NCBI GenBank assembly: GCA_038146925.1
Contig: JAYQSP010000008.1
Location: 31,901-95,900, forward strand
Length of the DNA: 64,000 bases
Direction: 5' to 3'
Origin: Alphaproteobacteria bacterium
Lineage (GTDB): Bacteria > Pseudomonadota > Alphaproteobacteria > MPNO01 > UBA830
In this document: one piece after another, positions 10,468-20,292 of the stretch
Numbering within the stretch: the first letter of the stretch is position 1
How the letters are laid out: each line of letters begins with the position of its first letter
Program-made: the position numbers and the translations under genes
Notes under the pieces: model-generated
Seen by the model: the letters and a program-made list of their open reading frames with translations, nothing else
Database searches by the model: none
What the model was told of the DNA's origin: nothing

Positions 10468-11063
10468 AACATCTTGGCGATGGGAGCATAGGTCCGCCGG
10501 TGATGTGCGGTGATTCCGGCGGCGGCAAGACCGTCCCGGTGCTGCCGCGTGCCGTATCCGGCGTTCCGTTCCCATCCGAACGCGGGGTAGCGTGCCGCCA
10601 GCGCGGCCATGATCCGGTCGCGTGTCACCTTGGCGACGATGGACGCTGCCGCGATCGATATACTGAGACTGTCGCCCTTTACGACCGTTCGCCCGGCACA
10701 GGGCAGGTCCGGCGGCAGCCGGTTGCCGTCGATAAGTGCGATATCGGGTGCGGCGCCGAGCCCGCCCACTGCGCGGCGCATGGCGGCATAAGTAGCCGCA
10801 AGAATGTTGTCGCGTTCGATTTCCGCCACGCTGGCGGCCCCGATGCCGATATCGGCCCAGCGATACAATTCCTCCAGCAGCATTTCGCGGCGGGCGGCGC
10901 TCAGTTTCTTGGAATCGTCCAGGCCCGTCATCAGCGCGTCCGGCATGTCGGCGGGAAGGATGACGGCCGCCGCGACGACCGGCCCGGCCCAGGGGCCGCG
11001 CCCTGCCTCGTCGACCCCCGCGACGACGCCGGTGCAGGCCTGCTCCAGGGAGAGATCAGGCAT
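10431..11063 (-). CDS. rnhB: Ribonuclease HII
   Basis: AGVDEAGRGPWAGPV, LDDSKKL, KGD, IAAASIVAKVTRD, NAGYGT, HHRRTY. Confidence 0.95.
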   Translation of the reverse strand: MPDLSLEQACTGVVAGVDEAGRGPWAGPVVAAAVILPADMPDALMTGLDDSKKLSAARREMLLEELYRWADIGIGAASVAEIERDNILAATYAAMRRAVGGLGAAPDIALIDGNRLPPDLPCAGRTVVKGDSLSISIAAASIVAKVTRDRIMAALAARYPAFGWERNAGYGTRQHRDGLAAAGITAHHRRTYAPIAKMLSLAESGTPDIA

Positions 11064-12531
11064 CGGGCTTTTTGTCCGGGCCGGCGTCGCAGCCATTCTC
11101 GACGGAATGTTTTTCCGCGGTATCGAAGTCTGTACTGCCGGTATCGGTTTCCGTTTCGGCTGCATCCTTCGGGGGCGCCAGCAACTTCGTCGATGCAGGC
11201 ATCCGCCGATGCGGTTCCTTGATCCGGGCGAGAAACGGGAACCGGGTGGTGGCGCGATCCCAGGTGGTGCGCGCCAGGACGCGTGTGACGAGAACGAATC
11301 GACGCGAACCGTGCTGGACGACTTTGACCTCGTCGCCATAGGCGGCGTCGATCAGCTCGTGCAGCGTGTCGATGCGGCGGCTGGCCAGGCCGTGGACACG
11401 GCGCGCGCTGGTAAGCCACAGCGGGTTTAATGACAGGCTCAGCACCGTGACGGCGATGACGAGGCGGGATTCCTCTTCGCCGATGGCGCCCGCTGCCAGG
11501 CCGGTCGCCGCCAGCAGGAAGGAGAATTCGCCGAGTTGCGACAGCGTCAGACCCTGCAGCGAGGCCCGCTGCCAGGTTTCGCCGAGAAACCGCATGATGC
11601 CGATATTCATCGCCGTCTTGAACAGGGTAACGACCAGCAGCACCACCAGCACGGTCCAGAAATTCTCGGCGATGAATTTCAGATCGATCAACAGACCGAC
11701 CGACAGGAAGAACACCATCACCAGCACGCTCTGGATCGGTCGGATGGCGTGCACCATCTGTTCGCGCTGGGTCGACCGGCCGATCACCAGCCCGGCGAGA
11801 AATGCGCCGTAGGCCGGCGACAGCCCCATGAAACCGAAGACGGCGCCGAACCCGAAGCAATAGACCAGTCCGGTCAGCGGCGAAAGGTCGACATTCCCCA
11901 TCACGATGCGGGCGAAGGGCAGGTTGACGCGGCGTTTGTTCAGCGTGCGCACCAGAACCACCAGCACGCCCACCGACAACGCGATCTGAACGAAGGCCCA
12001 GAAGCCCAGCGTACCGCTGCCGATGTTTTCGACGATCAGCAGCATCGGCAGGAAGGCGAGGTCCTGACCGATCAGGATGGCTACGGCGATCTTGCCGGTG
12101 CGGGCGCGCAGCTGGCCAGTTTCCTCCAGCATCTTGATGGCGACGGCTGTGCTCGACAGCGCGATGACGAAACCGAGCAGGATCGACTGTGCCGTGGTGA
12201 AGCCGAGAAACACAGAACACAGGAATATGGCGACCAGACTGCCCGCGATCTGCAGCGCCACGGCGCTGAGCGCCATTTTCCATGTCACCATGAAAATGCG
12301 CACGCTAAGCTCGGTGCCGATCAGAAACAGCAGCAGCAGCACGCCGAGCTCCGCCAGCCCGCCGATCTGTTCGCGGTTCTCGACCACGCCGAACGCACTC
12401 GGCCCCAGCAGCACGCCGGCGACGATATAGCCGACCAGCGCCGGCTGTTTCAGCCGTGCCATCAGCATGCCGCAAAGCAGGGCAGCCAGCCCGACAACGG
12501 CCATGCCGGTTAGGTTAATGTGTGCATCCAT
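11056..12531 (-). CDS. Cation:proton antiporter (CPA2/Kef-like, no TrkA domain seen)
   Basis: GYIVAGVLLGP, AELGVLLLLFLIG, ALSSTA, GQDLA, GAFLAG, SQLGEFSF. Confidence 0.88.
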   Translation of the reverse strand: MDAHINLTGMAVVGLAALLCGMLMARLKQPALVGYIVAGVLLGPSAFGVVENREQIGGLAELGVLLLLFLIGTELSVRIFMVTWKMALSAVALQIAGSLVAIFLCSVFLGFTTAQSILLGFVIALSSTAVAIKMLEETGQLRARTGKIAVAILIGQDLAFLPMLLIVENIGSGTLGFWAFVQIALSVGVLVVLVRTLNKRRVNLPFARIVMGNVDLSPLTGLVYCFGFGAVFGFMGLSPAYGAFLAGLVIGRSTQREQMVHAIRPIQSVLVMVFFLSVGLLIDLKFIAENFWTVLVVLLVVTLFKTAMNIGIMRFLGETWQRASLQGLTLSQLGEFSFLLAATGLAAGAIGEEESRLVIAVTVLSLSLNPLWLTSARRVHGLASRRIDTLHELIDAAYGDEVKVVQHGSRRFVLVTRVLARTTWDRATTRFPFLARIKEPHRRMPASTKLLAPPKDAAETETDTGSTDFDTAEKHSVENGCDAGPDKKPDA

Positions 12532-12597
12532 GGAGGCGGCAACTTAACACGCCATCCGGTTCACGCGGGAGAATCTGTATCCGTGCGGCCTGGAAAT

Positions 12598-13683
12598 TCA
12601 GTCGAACAGTCCCGCTTGGTCGCCCCGTCGCAGCGGTGGCCGGAACAAGTCGGTCCGCAGCTTGTACCGGCGTTCGTTGAGACCGAGGCGTTTGCAGGCT
12701 TTTTCGAACCGCTGCTGCAGCAGCCGGGCGTATGCGCCTGTGCCACGCATGCGCTGGCCGAATTCCGGCACGTACATCTGGCCCTCCCGCGTGCCGCGCA
12801 CGGCGTTCAGTACGTGGTCGGCCTTCATCGGCACGTGCGCTTCCAGCCATTCGCGGAACAGATCCTTTATTTCCAGCGGCAGGCGCAGCAGCACGTAGCC
12901 GGCGATGGTCGCGCCCGCGCCGCACGCGGCTTCGAGAATCGATTCCAGTTCCGGATCGTTCAGCACCGGTATCATCGGTGCGGCCATCACGCCGGTCTGC
13001 ACGCCGGCGTCCGACAGCGCCCGGATCGCTTCCAGCCGCCGGGCCGGGGTCGGGCAACGCGGTTCCATCTTGCGGGCGAAGCCGCGGTCCAGCGTGGTGA
13101 CCGACAGGCAGACCTGCGCCAGGCCCTTTCTTCCCATCGGGCCCAGGATATCGAGATCGCGCATCACCAGGCTGGACTTGGTAACGATGCCGACCGGATG
13201 GTCATGCGCAGCCAGGACTTCGAGTATGCGGCGGGTAATATTGAGTTCGCGTTCGACCGGCTGATACGGATCGGTATTCGTGCCCATCGCCATGACGGCG
13301 CATTTGTATTTCGGCGTGCGCAGCTCTTTTTCCAGCAGGGCGGCGGCGTCCGGCTTGTAGAAAATCCTGCTTTCGAAATCGAGCCCGGGCGACAGGCCGA
13401 GATAGGCATGGGTCGGTCGTGCGAAACAATAGACGCAGCCGTGCTCGCACCCTTTGTAGGGATTGATCGACCGGTCGAACGGCACGTCAGGCGACTGGTT
13501 GCGGGTGACGATCTTTTTCGTGGCTTCGGCGGTCAACGTGGTGCGCAGGGGTGGAATATCGACATCGAGGGCCGAACCCCAGCCATCGTCGATGGGCATG
13601 CTGTCATGCGGTTCGAACCGGCCCGCCCGGTTGCTGACGGCGCCGCGTCCCTTGCGCGGGGTGTCGGGTATCTGCGTATCCAT
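12598..13683 (-). CDS. PA0069/Rv2578c-family radical SAM protein (SplB-like)
   Basis: SINPYKGCEHGCVYCFARPTH, GLDFE, GTNTDPYQPVE. Confidence 0.9.
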   Translation of the reverse strand: MDTQIPDTPRKGRGAVSNRAGRFEPHDSMPIDDGWGSALDVDIPPLRTTLTAEATKKIVTRNQSPDVPFDRSINPYKGCEHGCVYCFARPTHAYLGLSPGLDFESRIFYKPDAAALLEKELRTPKYKCAVMAMGTNTDPYQPVERELNITRRILEVLAAHDHPVGIVTKSSLVMRDLDILGPMGRKGLAQVCLSVTTLDRGFARKMEPRCPTPARRLEAIRALSDAGVQTGVMAAPMIPVLNDPELESILEAACGAGATIAGYVLLRLPLEIKDLFREWLEAHVPMKADHVLNAVRGTREGQMYVPEFGQRMRGTGAYARLLQQRFEKACKRLGLNERRYKLRTDLFRPPLRRGDQAGLFD

Positions 13684-13710
13684 GGGGCGGCGAGAGTGAC
13701 TCTGAAAAAA

Positions 13711-13725
13711 GAACAAAACAAGAAC
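13711..13725 (-). promoter_or_regulatory. Alphaproteobacterial LexA (SOS) box
   Basis: GTTC-TTGTTTT-GTTC on the minus strand (GAAC-N7-GAAC on plus), about 28 nt upstream of the radical SAM start. Confidence 0.8.
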
Positions 13726-13800
13726 TTTTTTGACATCAAATCGCTGTCATTTTGGCGGCGTTCTGGAGACAGAGGCGGGATCGGTGCAGCGTGCCATGTT

Positions 13801-14496
13801 ATGAACACGTTTAATATGAATTCGCCACCAACCCTCTCCGTCGTCATTCCCACGTTGAACGCAGCGCGGACGTTACCCGTGACGCTGGCCGCATTGCGAG
13901 GCGGCGTTGACGATATCGTTGTCGCGGATGGCGGTTCTTCGGACGACACTGTCGATATTGCCCGGGTCGGGGGAGCAACCGTGGCGGTTTCGGAACGGGG
14001 GCGCGGCATTCAGCTTCGAACCGGCGCGGAAGCGGCGGCCTGCGACTGGCTGCTGTTTCTTCATGCCGATACCCGTCTGCAGGAAAGCTGGCGGCATCAG
14101 GTAGAGGATTTCACGACCGATCCGGACAACCGGAATCGTGCCGCCGTGTTCGCCTTCGCGCTGGACGATGCGTCTGCTCCGGCGCGTCGGGTGGAGAAAC
14201 TCGTCGCCTGGCGCTGCCGTTTGCTGGGGCTGCCCTATGGCGATCAGGGACTGTTGATTTCAAGGGCGCATTACGACGCGCTCGGCGGGTTCCGGCCGAT
14301 GCCGCTGATGGAGGACGTCGATATCGTTCGTCGCATCGGAAAGAAAAACCTGACGGTGCTCAGCGCAAAGGCCGTCACGTCGGCCGAGCGTTATCGGCGC
14401 GATGGATGGTGGAGGCGCCCGGTCCGGAACCTCCTTTGCCTGTTTCTGTATTTTACGGGCGTGCCGCCGCGCATTCTGGAAAATATCTACCGGTGA
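13801..14496 (+). CDS. Glycosyltransferase family 2 (TIGR04283-like)
   Basis: LSVVIPTLN, VADGGSSDDT, LLFLHADT, LPYGDQGL, PLMEDV, TSAERY. Confidence 0.88.
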   Translation: MNTFNMNSPPTLSVVIPTLNAARTLPVTLAALRGGVDDIVVADGGSSDDTVDIARVGGATVAVSERGRGIQLRTGAEAAACDWLLFLHADTRLQESWRHQVEDFTTDPDNRNRAAVFAFALDDASAPARRVEKLVAWRCRLLGLPYGDQGLLISRAHYDALGGFRPMPLMEDVDIVRRIGKKNLTVLSAKAVTSAERYRRDGWWRRPVRNLLCLFLYFTGVPPRILENIYR

Positions 14497-15086
14497 AACA
14501 CGTCGTCATCTTCGCCCGCCGCCCGCAGCTCGGGCGCGTCAAGACCCGGCTGGCACGCGATATAGGGCCGGTGGAAACGTTGCGGTTTTACCGGTCGACC
14601 CTGGCGACCGTGACCCGCCGACTGTCCGCCGATGGCGGCTGGCAGACCTGGCTGGGGCTGACGCCGGACGAGACGGTTTTCGATGACCGCCTGTATCCGC
14701 CGATGGCGGGCCGGCTGCCGCAGGGCGGCGGCGATCTGGGCCTTCGCATGGCAAGATGTATGGCCCGGTTCGGGCATCAGCCGGCGTTGATCGTCGGCAG
14801 CGACATACCCGATGTAGACCGGCGGCATATCAGAGCGGCGTTCGCCGAACTGCGCCTCAACGATCTGGTGTTCGGGCCGTCCGGCGACGGCGGCTACTGG
14901 CTGGTCGGCGCGGCGCAGGGCGCGCGGGTGGGCGGGTTGTTCGACGACGTGCGATGGTCGACGGAACACGCGCTGGCCGACACGCTGGAAAACGTGCGCC
15001 CGGGCGTGCGGGTCGGCATGCTGGGAGAACTCGCCGATATTGACGACGGGGACGCCTATGCCGCGTGGCGGCGCGCTGCCGGATAA
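14493..15086 (+). CDS. DUF2064 / TIGR04282-like glycosyltransferase
   Basis: GRVKTRLA, QGGGDLGLRM, IVGSDIP, GPSGDGGYWLVG, VRWST, LADID; GTGA overlap with the upstream gene. Confidence 0.88.
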   Translation: MKHVVIFARRPQLGRVKTRLARDIGPVETLRFYRSTLATVTRRLSADGGWQTWLGLTPDETVFDDRLYPPMAGRLPQGGGDLGLRMARCMARFGHQPALIVGSDIPDVDRRHIRAAFAELRLNDLVFGPSGDGGYWLVGAAQGARVGGLFDDVRWSTEHALADTLENVRPGVRVGMLGELADIDDGDAYAAWRRAAG

Positions 15087-15090
15087 CGGA

Positions 15091-15621
15091 TTACTTTTCC
15101 TGCAGCCGCGGTATCAGTTCCACGAAGTTGCACGGCTTGTGCCTGATATCGAGCTGGTAGACGAGAATGTCGTCCCAGGCATCCTTGCAGGCGCCGGTGG
15201 AACCGGGCAGGGCGAACAGATAGGTGCCGTTGGCGACGCCGGCGGTGGCGCGTGACTGAATGGTCGACGTGCCGATTTTCTCATACGACAGCATACGGAA
15301 CAGTTCGCCGAAGCCGGCGACTTCCTTTTCGTAGACGGCGTGGAATGCTTCAGGCGTTACGTCGCGTCCCGTGACCCCGGTGCCGCCGGTTGCCAGCACG
15401 GCGTCGATTTCCGGGTTGTCGATCCAGCTGCGCAGCTGCGTGACGATTGCGTCCTTGTCGTCTTTCACGATCGCACGGCCGGCCAGATTGTGACCCGCGC
15501 CCTGCAGGCGTTCGCACAGCGTGTCGCCGGATTTGTCGTCCGCGGCGGTCCGCGTATCCGACACCGTCATCACGGCTATGTTGATTGCGACGAAATCTAT
15601 GTCTTCGTTAATTCCGAACAT
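15091..15621 (-). CDS. moaB: Molybdenum cofactor biosynthesis protein B
   Basis: VMTVSDTR, DKSG, TGGTGVTGRDVTPEA, GFGELFR, QSRA, LPGS. Confidence 0.93.
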   Translation of the reverse strand: MFGINEDIDFVAINIAVMTVSDTRTAADDKSGDTLCERLQGAGHNLAGRAIVKDDKDAIVTQLRSWIDNPEIDAVLATGGTGVTGRDVTPEAFHAVYEKEVAGFGELFRMLSYEKIGTSTIQSRATAGVANGTYLFALPGSTGACKDAWDDILVYQLDIRHKPCNFVELIPRLQEK

Positions 15622-17431
15622 CTTCGGCCACCGATCCTTCTGCACCGTCGACAGCGATGTAGACCGGTCGCTCGCCCGCGGCAAGGGCGTCGAGCGAGGG
15701 GGCGGGTTCGCCCAGGCGTTCGCGGTACATCCAGAGATTGGACAATACCCGTTCGATGAAGATGCGCGTTTCCCGCGCCGGGATGCTTTCGATGAACATC
15801 AGCGCATCGGTATAGGCGCCCTTGCGGGCCCGGCGCTGCCATTTCCGCAAATTGCCCGGTCCGCCGTTATAGGCCGCGGCCGTCAGCAGCAGGTCGCCGT
15901 TGATGTGATCGTTCTCCAGCAGATGCCGGATATATTTCTGCCCGAGGGAGATGTTGAGCGCCGGATCGTAGAGCCGGTCGCGTTTCTTGCTGCGGAAGCG
16001 TTTCTGGGCGATGAAGCCTGCGGTGGCCGGCATCAGCTGCATCAGGCCGCGCGCGCCGGCGGAGCTCTTTGCCCGCACGTTGAACGCCGATTCCTGGCGC
16101 ATGAAGGCGAAGATCAGCGCCCGGTCGATCCGGAATCCTTCACGTGGTTTCCAGTCCGGCAGCGGATACAGCGCGCCCGCGGGTATCGGGCCGGCAGCAC
16201 CGATCAGCGCCGCCCCCGCACGATAGGACACCATGGGCAGGGATTTGTTTTCGGCGACGGCGATCAGCGCTTCCGTCAGGGCGCGGTCGCCGGCATCGGC
16301 CATGAAGCGCAGTTCGCGTTCGGCGCGGGTATTTTGTCCGACTTGCAGCAGCGCCGTCGCACGTCTGCCGCTCGGCGCCTTCAGGACGCGTTCGAGCCGG
16401 GCTTCGGTCAGAAGCATCGGCGACCAGTCGAGCGGCGATTGCTCGCCCAGCCAGCGCCGGGCAATGATGCCGTAAAAAGTGCGCGGCTGTTCGGCCGCCA
16501 TTGTAAGCCAGCGGCTGACATTGGTGGGGCGTTGGCCGGCCATGTTGGAGCGCGCGGCCCAGAATGCAGCGGCGGCATGGTCGTAGCCGGTCACTTTCGG
16601 CGACAGGGCGACGGCTTCGAAATGATCGGCCGCTTCGAGGTACTTGCCAAGACGATAGGCCGACAGTCCGGCGATCCAGTGCGCGTAAGGAATGCGCGAT
16701 CCGGACCGCGCCGCCGCACGCGATGCCAGGTCGTATGCTTTGTCACCGTCGCCATGGAAAAACCAGCCTGACGCAATATGGGTGCGGGCGAGATCGAGCC
16801 CGGTGCGACCCAGACGGCGTTGCACCGTCTTGCCCGATATATAACGTGTGGCCGCCGATAGCCGACGCTGATAGGTCATGCGGCGGACCTGATGAATAAT
16901 GCGTTTCGCGGACCGTTTACCGGGGCGATATCCGGAATGTTCGATAATCGTCGTTGGCTGATAGGACGGGTAAAACTTGCGCTGCGGCTTGCGGGGCGCG
17001 CGATAGTTCCGCGGCTTGCGCGACAGCGCCAGCTTGTAGATACGCCGGGCGTCCGGATGATCGGCATAGGATTTCAGCCACTTGGCGAGCTCGGTATAAC
17101 GCGACCGGTATTTTGTCGGATGCAGATAGCGCTGCGCCTGGACGTGGCCCAACAGCAACCGGTCATCGAGCTGTTTGATCAGCTTGTCGGCGCGGCGCCA
17201 GTCGCCCTTCTTCTGCAGGGCGAAGATACGCCTGTACCGTCGTTCGTCCGGCGCCGAGAGTATCTCCGGCAGGTCAACGCTTCTGGCTTCCGACCCGGCG
17301 GGGAGGGATGCGGTTTCCGCAGCCTGCGACGCGGACGGCGGCACAACCGCCAGAACCGTCCAGGCGAAAAGCGCCGCACCGACCATTCCGGTTCGACCAA
17401 GACGTTGATCTATCGAGAAAATTCCCCGCAT
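15608..17431 (-). CDS. Soluble lytic murein transglycosylase (SLT domain)
   Basis: C-terminal RQESAF, GARGLMQLMPATA, AAYNGGPG, FIESIP.ETR. Confidence 0.9.
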   Translation of the reverse strand: MRGIFSIDQRLGRTGMVGAALFAWTVLAVVPPSASQAAETASLPAGSEARSVDLPEILSAPDERRYRRIFALQKKGDWRRADKLIKQLDDRLLLGHVQAQRYLHPTKYRSRYTELAKWLKSYADHPDARRIYKLALSRKPRNYRAPRKPQRKFYPSYQPTTIIEHSGYRPGKRSAKRIIHQVRRMTYQRRLSAATRYISGKTVQRRLGRTGLDLARTHIASGWFFHGDGDKAYDLASRAAARSGSRIPYAHWIAGLSAYRLGKYLEAADHFEAVALSPKVTGYDHAAAAFWAARSNMAGQRPTNVSRWLTMAAEQPRTFYGIIARRWLGEQSPLDWSPMLLTEARLERVLKAPSGRRATALLQVGQNTRAERELRFMADAGDRALTEALIAVAENKSLPMVSYRAGAALIGAAGPIPAGALYPLPDWKPREGFRIDRALIFAFMRQESAFNVRAKSSAGARGLMQLMPATAGFIAQKRFRSKKRDRLYDPALNISLGQKYIRHLLENDHINGDLLLTAAAYNGGPGNLRKWQRRARKGAYTDALMFIESIPARETRIFIERVLSNLWMYRERLGEPAPSLDALAAGERPVYIAVDGAEGSVAEDVRN

Positions 17432-17556
17432 GCCCCTGTTAAAGTCGAAATTGGTTAATTATTCCTGACCGGTTCTAGCCGATGGCCTCCGAACCGGCAA
17501 CAAATGTTAACGATTTTTAACGACGATTTGAGCGGGGAAACGCGTTGGACGGCGGT

Positions 17557-18363
17557 TCAGGACGCTTCATCCAGCCGCGCGCGGATTTCGAGCAGATCCT
17601 GCCAGGTTTCCCGCTTCTGTGCAGGCTGGCGCAGCAGATATGCGGGGTGGAGCAGAGCGCGGGCGGGGACAGGATCGCCGGTTACGGGTTCGTACTGCAT
17701 CCATTTGCCACGCAGACGCATGATGCCTTCCTTGCGACGCAGCAGCGTTTTCGCCGACGTGCCTCCGACGAAGAGCAGAATGTCCGGCTTCACCAGTGCG
17801 ATGTGGCGTTCCAGAAACGGCAGACAGGCCGCGATCTCGGCGTCGGTCGGGTTGCGGTTGCCGGGGGGGCGCCATGGCAGGATGTTGGTGATGTATACCT
17901 CTGACCGTTCTATCCCGATGGCCGCGAGCATCCTGTCCAGCAACTGGCCAGCCGGTCCGACAAAGGGCACGCCCTTGCGGTCTTCTTCGCCGCCGGGCGC
18001 CTCGCCGATGAACATCAGCCGCGCGTCCGCCGTGCCGTCGGCAAAGACGAAGTTCATCGCCGTTTCTTTCAGCGGGCAACCGTCGAAAGCTTCGAACGCG
18101 GCGCGGAGTTCGTCCAGCGTCGAAGCCGCAGCGGCGATTTCCTGTGCAGTTTGGACGGCGGCGTCGCGGGATTGCAGCGGGGGCGGCGAAGCCGCTTCGC
18201 GCAACGATGTCGGTTTCGCGGCCGGGCGCGCGGCAGGCGCGGGCTGCGCCGCCGCCGGCGGTGGCGTGCTGAACCGGTCTACCGGCGCATCGCCGATCGT
18301 TTCGTCAACCCCTGCTTCGACATACCAGTCGAGCAGCGCTCGTGTTTCCGCGGTGCCGATCAT
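17557..18363 (-). CDS. Uracil-DNA glycosylase family 4
   Basis: [32 protein letters not shown]. Confidence 0.92.
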   Translation of the reverse strand: MIGTAETRALLDWYVEAGVDETIGDAPVDRFSTPPPAAAQPAPAARPAAKPTSLREAASPPPLQSRDAAVQTAQEIAAAASTLDELRAAFEAFDGCPLKETAMNFVFADGTADARLMFIGEAPGGEEDRKGVPFVGPAGQLLDRMLAAIGIERSEVYITNILPWRPPGNRNPTDAEIAACLPFLERHIALVKPDILLFVGGTSAKTLLRRKEGIMRLRGKWMQYEPVTGDPVPARALLHPAYLLRQPAQKRETWQDLLEIRARLDEAS

Positions 18364-18464
18364 GCTTGCAATCTAGATCATTTCGTCGCGGCTGGATAAT
18401 CCGCAATCGCGTGGTATACACAAAACCGAAACAAAAAAGACGCAACCGAAACGCGGAGCGACGA

Positions 18465-20099
18465 ATGGAACGGGAATCGATGGAATTCGATGTGGTGATC
18501 GTGGGCGCCGGCCCGTCGGGGCTGGCCTCCGCGATCCGCCTGCGGCAGCTGGCCGAGGAAAAGGGCAGCGAGATTTCCGTCTGCGTCATCGAAAAGGGAT
18601 CGGAGGTCGGCGCACATATCCTGTCCGGCGCGGTGATGGAACCGCGCGCCCTGAACGAATTGTTGCCCGACTGGAAAGACCGCGCCGCGCCGCTGAATAC
18701 GCCCGTGGAAGAAGACCGGTTCCTTCTTCTCGGGAAATCGCGGGCGACTAAACTGCCGACGCCGCCGCAGATGAACAATCACGGCAACTATATCGTCAGC
18801 CTGGGCAATGTGTGCCGCTGGCTCGGCGAGCAGGCCGAGGCAGTGGGCGTGGAGATATATCCCGGCTTCGCCGCTGCCGAGGTGCTGTACGACGATGACG
18901 GCAAGGTCAAGGGCGTCGCCACCGGCGATATGGGGATCGGCAAGGACGGCGAACAGACCGCCAATTACCAGCCCGGGTTCGAACTGCACGCAAAACAGAC
19001 GATCTTCGCCGAAGGGTGCCGCGGGTCGCTGACCAAGGCATTGTTCGAAAAATTCGATCTGCGCGACGGCGTCGATCCGCAGACCTACGGTATCGGCATC
19101 AAGGAACTGTGGGAGGTCGATCCCGACAAGCACCATCCCGGCCGGGTGGTGCATACTATCGGCTGGCCGATGGATACCGGCACGTATGGCGGTTCGTTCC
19201 TGTATCATCTGGAAGATAACCAGGTCGCGGTAGGCTTCGTGATCGGGCTCGACTATGCCAATCCTCATCTCAGCCCGTTCGACGAATTCCAGCGCTTCAA
19301 GACCCATCCTGAAATCCGCCCGACGTTCGAGGGTGGCCGGCGCATCGCCTATGGCGCGCGTGCAATCAACGAAGGCGGTTATCAGTCGGTCCCGAAGCTG
19401 ACTTTTCCCGGCGGCGTCCTGATCGGCTGCACCGCCGGGTTCCTGAACGTACCCAAGATCAAGGGCAGTCATACCGCGATGAAATCCGGCATGCTGGCGG
19501 CGGAAGCCGTGTTCGAAATTCTGACCGGCGAATCCGAACGGGCGGAAGCGGCATCGTACGAAGCGGCGATCCGGCAAAGCTGGGTCTGGGACGAACTCTA
19601 TCGCGTGCGCAATATCCGGCCGTCTTTCAAATGGGGTCTGTGGGGCGGGCTGATCTATTCCGCGGTCGATACCTATCTGCTGCGCGGTCGTGCGCCGTGG
19701 ACGCTGAGACATCATGCCGATCACACGATGCTGAAAAAAGCATCCGAAGCGCCAAAGATCGATTACCCGAAACCGGATGGCGAGGTGTCATTTGATCGCC
19801 TGTCGTCTGTGTTCATCTCCAACACCAATCACGAGGAAAACCAGCCGGCCCATTTGAAGCTGAAAGACGAAAGCGTGCCCATCGCCGTCAATCTGGCGGA
19901 ATACGATGCGCCGGAGCAGCGCTACTGCCCGGCCGGGGTATACGAGATCGTGGCGGAAGACGACGGATCCAATCCGCAACTGCAGATCAACGCGCAGAAC
20001 TGCGTTCATTGCAAAACCTGCGACATCAAGGACCCGATGCAGAACATCAACTGGGTCGTACCCGAAGGCGGCGGCGGGCCGAACTACCCCAATATGTAG
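18465..20099 (+). CDS. Electron transfer flavoprotein-ubiquinone oxidoreductase
   Basis: [57 protein letters not shown]. Confidence 0.96.
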   Translation: MERESMEFDVVIVGAGPSGLASAIRLRQLAEEKGSEISVCVIEKGSEVGAHILSGAVMEPRALNELLPDWKDRAAPLNTPVEEDRFLLLGKSRATKLPTPPQMNNHGNYIVSLGNVCRWLGEQAEAVGVEIYPGFAAAEVLYDDDGKVKGVATGDMGIGKDGEQTANYQPGFELHAKQTIFAEGCRGSLTKALFEKFDLRDGVDPQTYGIGIKELWEVDPDKHHPGRVVHTIGWPMDTGTYGGSFLYHLEDNQVAVGFVIGLDYANPHLSPFDEFQRFKTHPEIRPTFEGGRRIAYGARAINEGGYQSVPKLTFPGGVLIGCTAGFLNVPKIKGSHTAMKSGMLAAEAVFEILTGESERAEAASYEAAIRQSWVWDELYRVRNIRPSFKWGLWGGLIYSAVDTYLLRGRAPWTLRHHADHTMLKKASEAPKIDYPKPDGEVSFDRLSSVFISNTNHEENQPAHLKLKDESVPIAVNLAEYDAPEQRYCPAGVYEIVAEDDGSNPQLQINAQNCVHCKTCDIKDPMQNINWVVPEGGGGPNYPNM

Positions 20100-20292
20100 C
20101 TGAAATCTCCGCCGCAGGCGGTATCGGGCGCAAATTCGGGTTATCGACGTTTAACTGTCCGCCGGTTAGCCCTATATTGTCGGCTAACGAAGGTTAAATG
20201 GCGGTAGGCGCGCGACTAAACCCCTTCTTCATGGTTTTCGCCGACGCTGGCCGCCCGACGCTACCACCTGAACAAAACGGAGCGGGCGCAAA

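Noticed and set aside
17439-17521. CtrA boxes upstream of the lytic transglycosylase
   Set aside because: TTAA pairs are spaced N6 or N12, or only half-sites match; plausible but not the canonical TTAA-N7-TTAA.
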